Of a stretch of 64,000 nt of DNA, positions 39,022 through 50,354 are shown piece after piece (the stretch's first letter is position 1; each line of letters starts with the position of its first letter). The DNA lies in the NCBI GenBank assembly GCA_963677595.1, contig OY782041.1, positions 800,001-864,000 of the forward strand, read 5' to 3'. The DNA is from Spirochaetia bacterium (GTDB lineage: Bacteria > Spirochaetota > Spirochaetia > CAKZLE01). Under the pieces are notes generated by a model, which searched no databases, had not been told where the DNA came from, and saw nothing but the letters and a program-made list of their open reading frames with translations. The position numbers were made by a program, and so were the translations under genes.

Positions 39022-39101
39022 CACCATTCCCCAGCATAAACAGCCTTCCGGGGTACTGTGAATCGTATACAATGAGAATCTTTAACCTAGTATGACACAA
39101 G

Positions 39102-39118
39102 TGTGAATTTTTTGCACA
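39102..39118. promoter_or_regulatory. Putative enhancer (UAS) for the sigma54 activator
   Basis: Imperfect palindrome TGTGAATTTTTTGCACA, with a related TGTGAAT at 39057. Confidence 0.45.
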
Positions 39119-39209
39119 ATAAAGGGGTTGAAAACTTGAAAAAGTTATCAACCCCTGGTTGATTCAATGGGTATTGAATCATTCCGGCCTGTTACCAGTC
39201 CTTCTGCGA

Positions 39210-39509
39210 CTAAGTCAAACGAATATAGTCTTTCACGCGGTCAAGCAGATATAACACCTCTTCCTGGCTTGACGGCTTCCTGTCATCAGGATCGACGAAG
39301 AACTCGAACGGCTTCACTTCCAGGATCTGTGAGAACTTTTCTAGTGTCTTCACAGACGGGAAGCTTCTGCCTACTTCGATCTCTCCAACGAACCCTGCTG
39401 AGATTGAGCAGAACTCAGCGAGTTTTGCTTGTGAAAGGCCCTTTGACTTTCTGAATCGCTTCAGGTTGCTGATAAAAACCTTCTGTAGATCCGGTACATA
39501 TTTACTCAT
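39210..39509 (-). CDS. XRE-family HTH transcriptional regulator
   Basis: LKRFRKSKGLSQAKLAEFCSISAGFVGEIEVGRSFPS. Confidence 0.9.
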   Translation of the reverse strand: MSKYVPDLQKVFISNLKRFRKSKGLSQAKLAEFCSISAGFVGEIEVGRSFPSVKTLEKFSQILEVKPFEFFVDPDDRKPSSQEEVLYLLDRVKDYIRLT

Positions 39510-39702
39510 ATATATACAATACTATATAAATCAAATAATGTGTACCCTTTTTGGTGATTATTTTTGAATTTTACTCATTAATAGCACAATTTCATGTTTA
39601 ACAAGGATTTAACCGTTTATATCTTATTCTTTTCTGTATCAGTATTTAAATACTTGACTTTTTAAGTCGATTATTCAATAACGTAAACAATGACTCGGTC
39701 AG

Positions 39703-40434
39703 CTAGAGCAGATGACCGCCCCCGTCCACCCGCAGGACCTCCCCGGTCACGAATTCAGAGGTGATGAGGAAGCTAACGGCACGAACGAGGTCGTCTGTCG
39801 AACCGGTCCTCCCGACAGGAAGGGTCTCGGACATCCGCCTGAAATATGCCTCATCGCGTCCGTCCTTTGGGAGGATCGCTCCCGGGGCGATCCCGTTCAC
39901 CCGTATCTGCGGGGCCAGGTCGACTGCCAGGGAGCGGGTCATGGTGCTCAATGCTCCTTTGGAGATGTAGTAGGGGCTGAACCCCGCTGCCGGGTTCCCG
40001 ATCCGGGAATCGATCATGTTGATGATGCAGCCGGTCTCTGAAGCTTCATGGGTCTCCCGGAAGGATGCAGCGAACTCCCGAGACAGGATATACGGGGCTG
40101 TTACATGGACGGCAAGATGCTCTTCGAGCAAATCATAGCCGGATCCTTTCTGGAAGACTGACGCAGAATTGACCAGCCCATCGATCGGTCCCATGATATC
40201 TGCAGCACGCGCGATCAGGGAGGCTACCCCATCAGGGTCCCTGAGGTCCTGCTTGAGCAGGCAGTACTCACCCCCGAGCGCCTCGATCATTGAGGCAGTC
40301 TCTTGCGCCTCAGCCTCTGAGGTATGGTAATGGATGATGATGCGTGCACCTTCCCTGGCAAGCCCGAGGGCGATTGCCCCGCCAACCCGTTTAGCGGCTC
40401 CCGTGATCATGAATGTCGCGTTCTCTATTCTCAT
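39703..40434 (-). CDS. SDR oxidoreductase (pteridine reductase/FolM-like)
   Basis: ITGAAKRVG, LVNSAS, YYISK, RVNGIAPG, VDGG. Confidence 0.88.
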   Translation of the reverse strand: MRIENATFMITGAAKRVGGAIALGLAREGARIIIHYHTSEAEAQETASMIEALGGEYCLLKQDLRDPDGVASLIARAADIMGPIDGLVNSASVFQKGSGYDLLEEHLAVHVTAPYILSREFAASFRETHEASETGCIINMIDSRIGNPAAGFSPYYISKGALSTMTRSLAVDLAPQIRVNGIAPGAILPKDGRDEAYFRRMSETLPVGRTGSTDDLVRAVSFLITSEFVTGEVLRVDGGGHLL

Positions 40435-40532
40435 TGCCCATACTATACCGTGAACGGATCACCGGGTAAATAGTACGGGAATTATTTCATTCAGAACTGG
40501 ACAGATCAAGGATTATAGGGTAAAGTGGTATA

Positions 40533-40650
40533 AGATAATTGTCATATGACAGTTATCGCAGAATCCCGTATCATCGGACCTTTCCTGTTTCGATGCTACA
40601 ACATAACTCTCTCTCATATAGCCGCCTGTGTTACAGGCGGCTTTTTATTT
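40533..40650 (+). ncRNA. Candidate small RNA (about 118 nt)
   Basis: Promoter TGGACA-17-TAAAGT (40498-40526), hairpins at 40534-40557 and 40572-40595, intrinsic terminator at 40620-40650, no plus-strand gene upstream. Confidence 0.5.
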
Positions 40651-40759
40651 GACTTTTGCTCTTCATCATCCCTATATTCTTAACTACTGATATATGAGAT
40701 CCAGTGAACATGAATACTACCGGCAGGCCCTGACTGCCGTGAATACAAGGAGTTCAGCA

Positions 40760-42751
40760 ATGAACCGTTCGAATATGAACATACAGAATGACCAGGATAA
40801 CCCTAACTGGAATGAAGCCCGAGGACAGAATGACAAGAAGGAACCGGGGATCCACAGTGAAGAAGGTACCTGGTATGACAGGCTCAAGAACAACAAACAC
40901 CGTTTCACGTTCTTCTATATCCTGCTGATCATCATCGGCATCATGGTCGTGAACTCCTTCCTCACTGCTGACCGCAGCAGCACGGAGATCGAGTACAATG
41001 TCTTCAAGGAGTATATCATATCCGGGGAGATCAAGCGTGTAGAGATCACCGATAAACAATACATCGGATACTCGGTGACCAGAGACCTCGTCCTGCAGGC
41101 ACAGGAATCACAGAACCTGCAGTCCATGATGGGGATCACGACCTACAAGACCTACCAGGTCGATGACCCCAACTTCATCCCACTCCTGGACGAGTACGGG
41201 ATCGAGTACTACGCCGCTGCCCCGGTTGAGCCGAGTCTCCTCTCAACGATCATCAGCTGGGTACTTCCCCTGGCGATCATGCTGCTCATCTGGCGATTCG
41301 CCTTCTCCAGGATGAACAAGGGGATGGGTCAGGGAGTCATGTCTTTCAACCAGAACAAGTCCAAGATCGTCGCTGAGAGCGACACGAACACCAGGTTCTC
41401 CGATGTCGCCGGTGCCGACGAGAGCAAGCAGGAGCTTGAGGAGGTCGTGGACTTTCTCAAGAACTCGGAGAAGTACACGGCAGTCGGCGGCAAGGTCCCG
41501 AAGGGCGTCCTCTTAGTTGGCCCTCCGGGAACCGGCAAGACCCTGCTGGCAAAGGCTGTCGCAGGGGAAGCCGGCGTTCCCTTCTTCAAGATGAGCGGGG
41601 CGGACTTCGTGGAGATGTTCGTCGGTGTCGGTGCGGCACGTGTCCGTGACCTCTTCCGCCAGGCACGGGAGAAAGCTCCCTGCATCATCTTCATCGATGA
41701 GATCGATGCTATCGGGAAATCGAGGACGGGAAGCATCTCCGGCAATGACGAACGAGAGCAGACACTGAACCAGCTCCTCGTGGAGATGGACGGATTCGAC
41801 TCACGCTCGAGCGTCATCATCCTCGGGGCGACGAACCGTCCGGAGATCCTCGATCCTGCCCTCCTGAGGCCGGGCCGGTTTGACCGGCAGGTCCTCGTGG
41901 ACAAGCCGGACCTTGAGGGACGACATGCCATCCTCAAGATCCATTCCAGGGATGTGAAGCTGTCGAAGCAGGTCAACCTCAAGGCAATAGCCCAGGCGAC
42001 TGCAGGTCTCTCTGGAGCCGACCTTGCCAACATTGTCAATGAGTCTGCACTCCTGGCTGTCAGGAACAAGCGTACTGCTGTCGAGCAGGAGGACCTGATG
42101 GAGGCTATTGAGAAATCGATTGCCGGCCTCCAGCGTAAAGGCAGGGTCATGAACGAGAAGGAGCGGGAGCGGGTCGCCTACCATGAGGTCGGCCATGCGT
42201 TATCGGCTCATTACACCGAAGGTGCTGACCCGGTCATCAAGATCTCGATCATCCCGAGGGGCCTTGGGGCACTGGGGTATACCCTGCAGCAGCCCACAGA
42301 GGACCGGTTCCTCATGTCGGAGCACGAACTGCTCAACAGCGTCGATATCCTGATGGGAGGACGGGCTGCTGAGGAGGTACGGTACGGTGAGATCTCCACC
42401 GGTGCAGGCAATGACATCAGCAGGGCAAGCGACCTGGTGCGAAAGATGATCACCGAGTACGGGATGAGCGAGAAGTTCAGGAATATCACCCTGCCAAGCG
42501 GCCAGTCACGGACCATGCTCGGGACCGGTATCGGCGGGCAGAAGGAATACTCGGAAGAGACCCAGGAGTATATCGACTCAGAGACCGCCCGGATCGTGAA
42601 CAGCCGGTATGAGAAGATCATAGAACTCCTCAAAGACAAGGGAGCCCTCTTGGAGAAGATCACGAGGAGGCTCCTCGAGATCGAGTCCCTGACCGGGGAC
42701 GAGTTCAAGGGCCTGATCGATGAGTATGAGGAAGCCTTGGCGCTGACCTGA
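40760..42751 (+). CDS. ftsH: ATP-dependent zinc metalloprotease FtsH
   Basis: 2 [32 protein letters not shown]; ATG 40760 after AAGGAG (40694 is an alternative start). Confidence 0.96.
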   Translation: MNRSNMNIQNDQDNPNWNEARGQNDKKEPGIHSEEGTWYDRLKNNKHRFTFFYILLIIIGIMVVNSFLTADRSSTEIEYNVFKEYIISGEIKRVEITDKQYIGYSVTRDLVLQAQESQNLQSMMGITTYKTYQVDDPNFIPLLDEYGIEYYAAAPVEPSLLSTIISWVLPLAIMLLIWRFAFSRMNKGMGQGVMSFNQNKSKIVAESDTNTRFSDVAGADESKQELEEVVDFLKNSEKYTAVGGKVPKGVLLVGPPGTGKTLLAKAVAGEAGVPFFKMSGADFVEMFVGVGAARVRDLFRQAREKAPCIIFIDEIDAIGKSRTGSISGNDEREQTLNQLLVEMDGFDSRSSVIILGATNRPEILDPALLRPGRFDRQVLVDKPDLEGRHAILKIHSRDVKLSKQVNLKAIAQATAGLSGADLANIVNESALLAVRNKRTAVEQEDLMEAIEKSIAGLQRKGRVMNEKERERVAYHEVGHALSAHYTEGADPVIKISIIPRGLGALGYTLQQPTEDRFLMSEHELLNSVDILMGGRAAEEVRYGEISTGAGNDISRASDLVRKMITEYGMSEKFRNITLPSGQSRTMLGTGIGGQKEYSEETQEYIDSETARIVNSRYEKIIELLKDKGALLEKITRRLLEIESLTGDEFKGLIDEYEEALALT

Positions 42752-42961
42752 TACCAACAGGTTCGTATGATCCAGAGAATACAGGGAGGCAATTCGCCTC
42801 CCTTTTCTGGATGAAAATACCACTTTCATCGATTTCCACGGTATAATACCTCTAGCATCGTTGCGTTTATTTCTATATGGTATGAGGAAATTCGGTCGAA
42901 TAGACGGCGTACCCTCCACAGGGGTACCTCAACATACATAGCGAGGGTAGGAGAAAGCATC

Positions 42962-45202
42962 ATGAGGTTCTTTGCACAGACTGCTGCAAATATCAATGAC
43001 ATAACGGCTTCCGAGATCAGGGATCTCGGCGGTGACAAGATCAAGCTGGTCCCGGGCGGGGTACAGTTCCAGGGGGATACCGAACTCGGGTATCGCGTCT
43101 GCATGTTCTCACGGACGGCTTCAAGGATGCTGGTCGAGCTCGACCCGGCAGTCGAAGGCCGTGCAAAGGTCAAGGTCACGGACAAGGACTCCCTCTATGA
43201 TGCTGCCTATGCGATCGGCTGGGATGAGCACTTCACCTCTGACATGACCTTCGCTGTCACCTTGACGGCAACCAGGGCCAAATGGCTGAACAACACACAA
43301 TTCGGGGCCCTCAGGGTCAAGGATGCTATCGTCGACTACATGCGCCACAAGCACCAGACACGTCCCGATGTCGATGCGAAGAACCCGGATGTGACCTTCC
43401 ACGTTCATATCTCCGGGACGCAGGCGATCTTCTACCTGGACTTCTCAGGTCAGGGCCTCCATAAGCGGGGGTACCGTATCCACACGAATGAGGCGATGCT
43501 CAAGGAGCACCTTGCTGCATCCCTCCTTCACCGTTCAGGCTTCAAGACCTTCCATGAGGAACTCCCTACCCTGCTTGACCCCTTCTGCGGCATGGGAACC
43601 ATCCCCATCGAGGCTGCTCTCGTTGCGACCAACACCGCCCCGGGACTGATCACCGACGGGCGATTCGGCTTCCTCAAGTGGCTCGGGCACATCCCGGCTG
43701 TCTGGGATGCGGTCAAGGCAGAAGCTGAAGCACAACGGCGTCCTGCGAATGCCAGGATCCTTGCCTGGGATATCGACCCGAAGGCGATCGAGTATGCTAA
43801 AGAGCATGCCGAGCGTGCAGGTGTCGCAGAAGTGATAGACTTCGAGGTGAAGGACTTCACAAGACTCAAAGAGACGCTTCCAGCCGGTATCATCGTTACC
43901 GATCCTCCCTATGGGATCAGGATGGGAACCTTGAAGGAGGTCACCCTCCTCTACCACCAGATGGGCAAGATCCTCCCGGACCATTTCCCCGGCTGGAAGG
44001 TGAACATTCTCTGCGGAGAACCTGAGATGCTCGAGGAGATACGCTTAAGGCCCTCCTCAACGAACGCTATCTACAACGGATCGATCCAGTGTGTCTTCGC
44101 ACGCTATGACATCTTCGATGCGGAGAAGCGAAGGGAACTTGAGGAGAAAGCGGAGGAACGAAAGCGCGCCAGGCTTGAAGCTCCCCTCGGGGAACGTGCC
44201 GAAATGTGCATGAACCGGATCAAGAAGAACAAGCGGATGATCAAGAACTTCCTGAAGAAGAACGAAGTCACCAGCTACCGCATCTATGATGCAGATATTC
44301 CGGAGTTCGCAGCTGCTGTCGACATCTATGAGAACAGATGGGCTCATATACAGGAGTATGCCCCGCCGAAGACCATCGACCCGAGGAAGGCTGAGGACAA
44401 CTTCAGCCAGCTCATCGATGCGGTCCAGCGAGCGACCGAGATCCCCTATGAGAACATCTACACCAAGCAGAGGAAGAAGCAGAAGGGGTCTGAACAGTAC
44501 ACCAAACTGAACACGAAGGGGCAGATGTACATCATGCGTGAGCATGGACTGAAGTTCCTCGTAAACTTCACTGACTACCTCGATACCGGCATCTTCCTCG
44601 ACCACCGCCCGATAAGGGGCAAGATCCAGGAACTCGCAAAGGGCGGCAGGTTCCTCAACCTCTTCGCCTACACCGGGACAGCTACCGTACATGCCGCAGC
44701 AGGCGGGGCCCTGAGCACGGTAACCGTCGATGCATCACAGACCTACCTCAAGTGGGCTGAGGAGAACATGGCACTCAACGGGTTCACCACCATGAACCAT
44801 ATCTACTACAAGGATGACTGCATCCATTGGTTGAAAGCCAACAAGGACAAGTTCGACCTGATCTTTCTCGATCCCCCGACCTTCTCCAACTCCAAGTCCA
44901 GGAAGGATGCCTTTGATATCCAGAAGGACCACAGGGGTCTGATCATGCTCGTCATGAAGCACCTCACCCCCAACGGTACCCTCATCTTCTCAAACAACTT
45001 CAGGCGCTTCTACATGGACCCGAAGCTGAAAGAGCAGTACCTTGTAGAAGAGATCACCGATGAGTCCATCCCCGATGACTTCAAGAGGAATCTGAAGATT
45101 CATCGCTGCTGGACCTTCAGGCCAAAGCGGGTCGTCACCAAACCGACTGCACCGAAGGCTAAACCTGCTAAGAAGATCGTATTGAAGAAGCCGATCGAGT
45201 AA
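42962..45202 (+). CDS. rlmL: Bifunctional 23S rRNA methyltransferase RlmKL
   Basis: THUMP domain, LHKRGYR, DPFCG, TDPPYG; second MTase YLDTGIFLDHR, LNLFAYTG, DPPTFSNSK. Confidence 0.93.
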   Translation: MRFFAQTAANINDITASEIRDLGGDKIKLVPGGVQFQGDTELGYRVCMFSRTASRMLVELDPAVEGRAKVKVTDKDSLYDAAYAIGWDEHFTSDMTFAVTLTATRAKWLNNTQFGALRVKDAIVDYMRHKHQTRPDVDAKNPDVTFHVHISGTQAIFYLDFSGQGLHKRGYRIHTNEAMLKEHLAASLLHRSGFKTFHEELPTLLDPFCGMGTIPIEAALVATNTAPGLITDGRFGFLKWLGHIPAVWDAVKAEAEAQRRPANARILAWDIDPKAIEYAKEHAERAGVAEVIDFEVKDFTRLKETLPAGIIVTDPPYGIRMGTLKEVTLLYHQMGKILPDHFPGWKVNILCGEPEMLEEIRLRPSSTNAIYNGSIQCVFARYDIFDAEKRRELEEKAEERKRARLEAPLGERAEMCMNRIKKNKRMIKNFLKKNEVTSYRIYDADIPEFAAAVDIYENRWAHIQEYAPPKTIDPRKAEDNFSQLIDAVQRATEIPYENIYTKQRKKQKGSEQYTKLNTKGQMYIMREHGLKFLVNFTDYLDTGIFLDHRPIRGKIQELAKGGRFLNLFAYTGTATVHAAAGGALSTVTVDASQTYLKWAEENMALNGFTTMNHIYYKDDCIHWLKANKDKFDLIFLDPPTFSNSKSRKDAFDIQKDHRGLIMLVMKHLTPNGTLIFSNNFRRFYMDPKLKEQYLVEEITDESIPDDFKRNLKIHRCWTFRPKRVVTKPTAPKAKPAKKIVLKKPIE

Positions 45203-45221
45203 CCGTACACGCAATATAGTT

Positions 45222-45264
45222 AAGGCTCTGAACTGGGAAATACGGTCCTGTTCAGAGCCTTTTT
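45222..45264 (+). terminator. Intrinsic terminator after rlmKL
   Basis: AAGGCTCTGAAC...GTTCAGAGCCTT followed by a T-run. Confidence 0.75.
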
Positions 45265-45275
45265 ATTCGGTCATA

Positions 45276-45305
45276 ATAAAAGCCGCTCTCGCGAGCGGCT
45301 TTTAT
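45276..45305 (-). terminator. Bidirectional-type terminator after the major OMP gene
   Basis: ATAAAAGCCGCTC-tcgc-GAGCGGCTTTTAT. Confidence 0.8.
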
Positions 45306-45327
45306 ATATCAGATTTCTATCAGAATC

Positions 45328-46551
45328 TTAGAGAGTAATTGAAACCTTAGCAGCTACGACACCCTTGTCAGCGCCAGCAACGTCAGTTGATTCCCAACCG
45401 AGGTATACTGTTGCACCATCAATAAGTGTTGTACTTTCAACGTATGCAGCAAGGTCAATAGCACCAGCGCCAGCAGCAACAGTGTATCCACCTGCGAGAG
45501 TTACATCAAAGTCTTCCATTGCGTAAACAGCTTCAACACCAGCGTCCCAGTCACCTGCAGTGGTTCCATCAGTAGCATTAGTTGTCAGTGTATAACCACC
45601 ATCGACAGTAAGAGCAAGCTCATCAGTTGCGTCCATCTCTACAGTTGCCCCAATAACCTGTGAGGTAAGGAGCAGATCACCGTTAAGAGTGATTGTAGCA
45701 GGATCAAGAGCTGCAACAAGCTGAGCATAGAGGTTGTCACCATAGTATGCATCAAGTGAGAATGCATCTACAGAAGCAGAAAGTGAAGCGTCAAGATCTG
45801 TGAAGTTATCAACTGTATCAACAGCGACAGCAACAGCAGTTCCATCCATTTCGTAAGCAAGCTTGAGACCTGCATCGAAAGCACCATCAAATGCAGCTGC
45901 AACATCTACAGTCACGCCATCAGCAACTTCCATTGAAGTAGCAGCGTAAACAGCATAATCTAAATCGCCATCATCAGTTGCATCAAGAGGATCGCCATCT
46001 TCATCACCGTTGTAGAAATCTACACCAAGAGTGTAGTCTTCATATGTAACTGCGATACCGCCGCCGTCACCAAAGTCTCCAGCTACGTCATCTTCGTTGT
46101 CATCATCCTCATCATAGTCCTGGTAAGATGCAGCATAGCTGAAATCATCAGCCATTCCAAGGATTGAAACTTCCCAGTTCTCACCAACGATCTTTGCTGT
46201 GTCAAATGAGAAATCAGATACGATCTCATCACCAAGCTCATCAAGCAGACCACCATCATCACCAACAGTGTCTGAATCATCAGCATCAGTACCACCGATG
46301 TTCACATCGATAGAACCGCTCATCTCGATCACAGCGTATACGTCTGCATCGCCCATTGCACTAGCATCACCTGATTCAAGTGTGAAGCTGAAAGCAACGT
46401 CATCACCATCCTGATTGTCTACAAAGCCAAATTCATTTGTGTCAAGGTCATACTGAAGAGCGAGGTCTGCAGTACCAGTTAAAGTGATGTCAGCGAAAGC
46501 CATACCGCCGATAAGAAGCAGTGCCAAAAGTACGATAGAAATTTTTTTCAT
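45328..46551 (-). CDS. Very acidic secreted beta-strand-rich protein, probable major outer membrane/sheath protein (porin-like)
   Basis: Signal peptide ending MAFA; alternating beta-strands; C-terminus AKVSITL; A/T-ending codon bias; GGAGG RBS. Confidence 0.7.
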   Translation of the reverse strand: MKKISIVLLALLLIGGMAFADITLTGTADLALQYDLDTNEFGFVDNQDGDDVAFSFTLESGDASAMGDADVYAVIEMSGSIDVNIGGTDADDSDTVGDDGGLLDELGDEIVSDFSFDTAKIVGENWEVSILGMADDFSYAASYQDYDEDDDNEDDVAGDFGDGGGIAVTYEDYTLGVDFYNGDEDGDPLDATDDGDLDYAVYAATSMEVADGVTVDVAAAFDGAFDAGLKLAYEMDGTAVAVAVDTVDNFTDLDASLSASVDAFSLDAYYGDNLYAQLVAALDPATITLNGDLLLTSQVIGATVEMDATDELALTVDGGYTLTTNATDGTTAGDWDAGVEAVYAMEDFDVTLAGGYTVAAGAGAIDLAAYVESTTLIDGATVYLGWESTDVAGADKGVVAAKVSITL

Positions 46552-46622
46552 ACTTCCTCCTAAAAAGTTCGGGGCAGGCCAAAGACCCGCGTAATTCCCT
46601 TTTATTTAGCTATACTTCGACA

Positions 46623-46651
46623 ATTATAACAATCGAGTCTATTACTGTCAA
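46623..46651 (-). promoter_or_regulatory. Perfect-consensus sigma70 promoter
   Basis: TTGACA-17-TATAAT with extended TG. Confidence 0.85.
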
Positions 46652-46865
46652 GAAATTATCATAATAGTAAGTTTTATCTACTATACAATGATTTCCGACC
46701 GTTTTTAGGCTTTTTTTGTTATGCTTGTCTCCATTTTTTTTGCGTACTATCCTCTTTAGTACGACTACAAACTATAACACATAAAACTTATAATAGTTAA
46801 ATAAAATATGAATTTATCATGAATAAATTCAGATAATACTATGTAAATCTTCTCCTACCAATGAA

Positions 46866-47837
46866 TTATATCTCGATCTTCTGATTATCCCGCCAGGTTT
46901 CCACATCCAGGGAGTATCGCTGGCTCAATAATGTGAATCCCCTTCGGTCCAGGGACGGGGCCAATGATTTCGACCTGCCGCTCATCTCGATCATGACTTT
47001 GTCTGCATGTTCCTCTGATGCTTTCCTGCATAAGGTGTCTATCAATAACTTGAAGATTCCCAAGCCCCGGTACTGCGGCTCAACATAGAGCACCCTGACA
47101 TTATATATAAGGGATGCATTGTCGACCCTGATCGGGGCAGCCCCGATGAACCCGGCGAACTCCCCTGCCGGGGACTCGATGCAGACGGTGAGCCACGACT
47201 TATCGAAGTTGTTCCAGGTAGCCGTATACTCCCCGAGCAGCAGCTGCTCCAATGGGTACCCGATACCTGAGAACTCCGCAGCGAGGCGCTCCTCGCTGAT
47301 CAGTCGTATATGGTCCTTCCAAGGGGAGAGGTCATAGGAAACGATGAAGTCGGAGAGGATCAGGTCCGAGACGTTCTCCTCGGGTTCCCCGAGGCTCTTC
47401 AGGTAGAGCAGTTCCGTCTGCTGCTCGTACCAGGAGTAGATCTTCTGCTTGATCTCCCGTTCCTTGTAGTAGAACCAGAGCCGTTCGACTGCAGGTTCCT
47501 GCTTGAGCACGTTCTTGAACTCCCGGAAGACCCCCTTCCCCCGTGCGAGGGCTGACCGCAGTTTGTCGCGGTAGATCGGGTTGCGCAGGGAGGAGACGAA
47601 CTTCTCCATGGTCCGGAACCCGTCCGAGGGTTTCCATTCAGGCAGTTCGATGAACCGGCCCTCATCCTCGAGGTCTCCCTCGCCCAGGAGTTCCGGGCCA
47701 GAGGGGACCCCTGTCTTCAGGTCCAGGATGTACTCTGAGGACTGGTCCTCCATGCAGAAGATGATCTGGTAGACCAGTTCATCGGTAAGGGGCGGTATCA
47801 CATGATTTCCGGGTTTTGTCTGTGTCTTCGTATCCAT
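46866..47837 (-). CDS. UPF0158 domain fused to a GNAT acetyltransferase
   Basis: N-terminal LPEW...GFRTMEKF...ALARGKGVFREFKNVL; C-terminal LYVEPQYRGLGIF. Confidence 0.78.
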   Translation of the reverse strand: MDTKTQTKPGNHVIPPLTDELVYQIIFCMEDQSSEYILDLKTGVPSGPELLGEGDLEDEGRFIELPEWKPSDGFRTMEKFVSSLRNPIYRDKLRSALARGKGVFREFKNVLKQEPAVERLWFYYKEREIKQKIYSWYEQQTELLYLKSLGEPEENVSDLILSDFIVSYDLSPWKDHIRLISEERLAAEFSGIGYPLEQLLLGEYTATWNNFDKSWLTVCIESPAGEFAGFIGAAPIRVDNASLIYNVRVLYVEPQYRGLGIFKLLIDTLCRKASEEHADKVMIEMSGRSKSLAPSLDRRGFTLLSQRYSLDVETWRDNQKIEI

Positions 47838-47983
47838 CGGTGATTATTGTACCCTTAAGTGAGGCGGAAGTAAATAACAGATTCCAATCATGTGAATACC
47901 GCCGGGATAAGGGCTTACCCCTTGACTTAGCGGTAAATAAATACGATATTCAAGGGGTGAATAACTTATTCAGGAGAGTATAA

Positions 47984-49285
<1,302 letters not shown>

Positions 49286-49311
49286 TTGACACCCGTCTAA
49301 CGGAACTTCAC

Positions 49312-49344
49312 AGGAGTGCTTCATAACGAAGCACTCCTTTTTTT
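49312..49344 (+). terminator. eno intrinsic terminator
   Basis: AGGAGTGCTTC-ataac-GAAGCACTCCT followed by a T-run. Confidence 0.85.
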
Positions 49345-49399
49345 AAAGCTTCTCCTACTTGTTGAATCAAACCACACGTTTTCCTGTTTATATATAGGT

Positions 49400-50314
49400 A
49401 TGAGAAGAAAAACAAGAATCATATACCACAGCTTCATGTACCGGGGGATAGAGCTCCTCCCGATCACCAGGGATGTCGTATTCAAGGCAGTCTTCACCGA
49501 CCCGGAGAACAAGCCAGTCCTGTTCTCCCTGCTGCAAGGCTTCCTTGATATCACGGCGGCATCTCCCGAGGACATCGAGATCGTCTCCGGCGAGAAACAC
49601 CGCCAGTTCTACGATGACAAGCTCTTCCGTCTCGACCTGAGAGTGAAGACCACCTCAAATGAGCATATCGACGTGGAAGTCCAGATACAGGACAAGAAGG
49701 ATATCGTCAAGCGGAGTATCTACTACACGGCTTCCCTGTTTGCGGAACAGATGAAGAAGGGATTGAAGTATTCTAAGCTTGGCAGGACTGTAGCTTTGAA
49801 TATTCTGTGCTATACTATCCCTGAAGGGGAGAACAAGCCGTATATAACGAGCTATACCCTTCACGACAAGGAGAGCCTTGAGGAACTCACAGACGCTTTT
49901 GAACTGGTTTTCGTGGAATTACCCAAAGCCCCGCAGCTGAATGGATTACGAGACCTGCAGGAGCAATGGACAGCGTTCTTCACTGCTCAGGATGAGGAGA
50001 CACTGAACAGGCTCTGTGAAACGAACAGCCTGTTCGAGAAGGCGGTGGACAAGATGGTATATGTAAGCCTGGAAGAGAGACAGCGGTATGACCGTGATAT
50101 GGAGAGAAAGACCGAATTCGATGCGGCAGCCGAGGAGCAGTATCGCCTGGAAGCCTTGGAAGAGGCAAGAGAAGAAGGTCTTGCGACAGGTGCTCGGGAA
50201 AGGCAGATAGAGAGTGCCAGACGGCTCATCATGGAACATGCTGAGAACATGTTCATATCCAAGATCACGGACCTCACTGAAGCAGAGATCGAAGCTTTGA
50301 GAGCAGAGATGTAA
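49400..50314 (+). CDS. Rpn-family / PD-(D/E)XK nuclease (recombination-promoting nuclease, putative transposase)
   Basis: DVVFKAVF, RLDLRV, IDVEVQ, RSIYY, FVELPK, helical C-terminus ending ISKITDLTEAEIEAL; start at 49400 or 49436. Confidence 0.88.
   Translation: MRRKTRIIYHSFMYRGIELLPITRDVVFKAVFTDPENKPVLFSLLQGFLDITAASPEDIEIVSGEKHRQFYDDKLFRLDLRVKTTSNEHIDVEVQIQDKKDIVKRSIYYTASLFAEQMKKGLKYSKLGRTVALNILCYTIPEGENKPYITSYTLHDKESLEELTDAFELVFVELPKAPQLNGLRDLQEQWTAFFTAQDEETLNRLCETNSLFEKAVDKMVYVSLEERQRYDRDMERKTEFDAAAEEQYRLEALEEAREEGLATGARERQIESARRLIMEHAENMFISKITDLTEAEIEALRAEM
50002..50143 (+). repeat. 142-bp direct repeat, copy 1 (inside rpn)
   Basis: Matches 50355-50496 with 6 mismatches. Confidence 0.95.
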
Positions 50315-50354
50315 GACTGTTTCGTTAGAATCATCCCGGTTCTATGAAGTTCTG

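Noticed and set aside
40546-40683. Small ORF MTVIAESR... in the sRNA candidate region
   Set aside because: It has no RBS and reads through the intrinsic terminator; the RNA-structure interpretation fits better.
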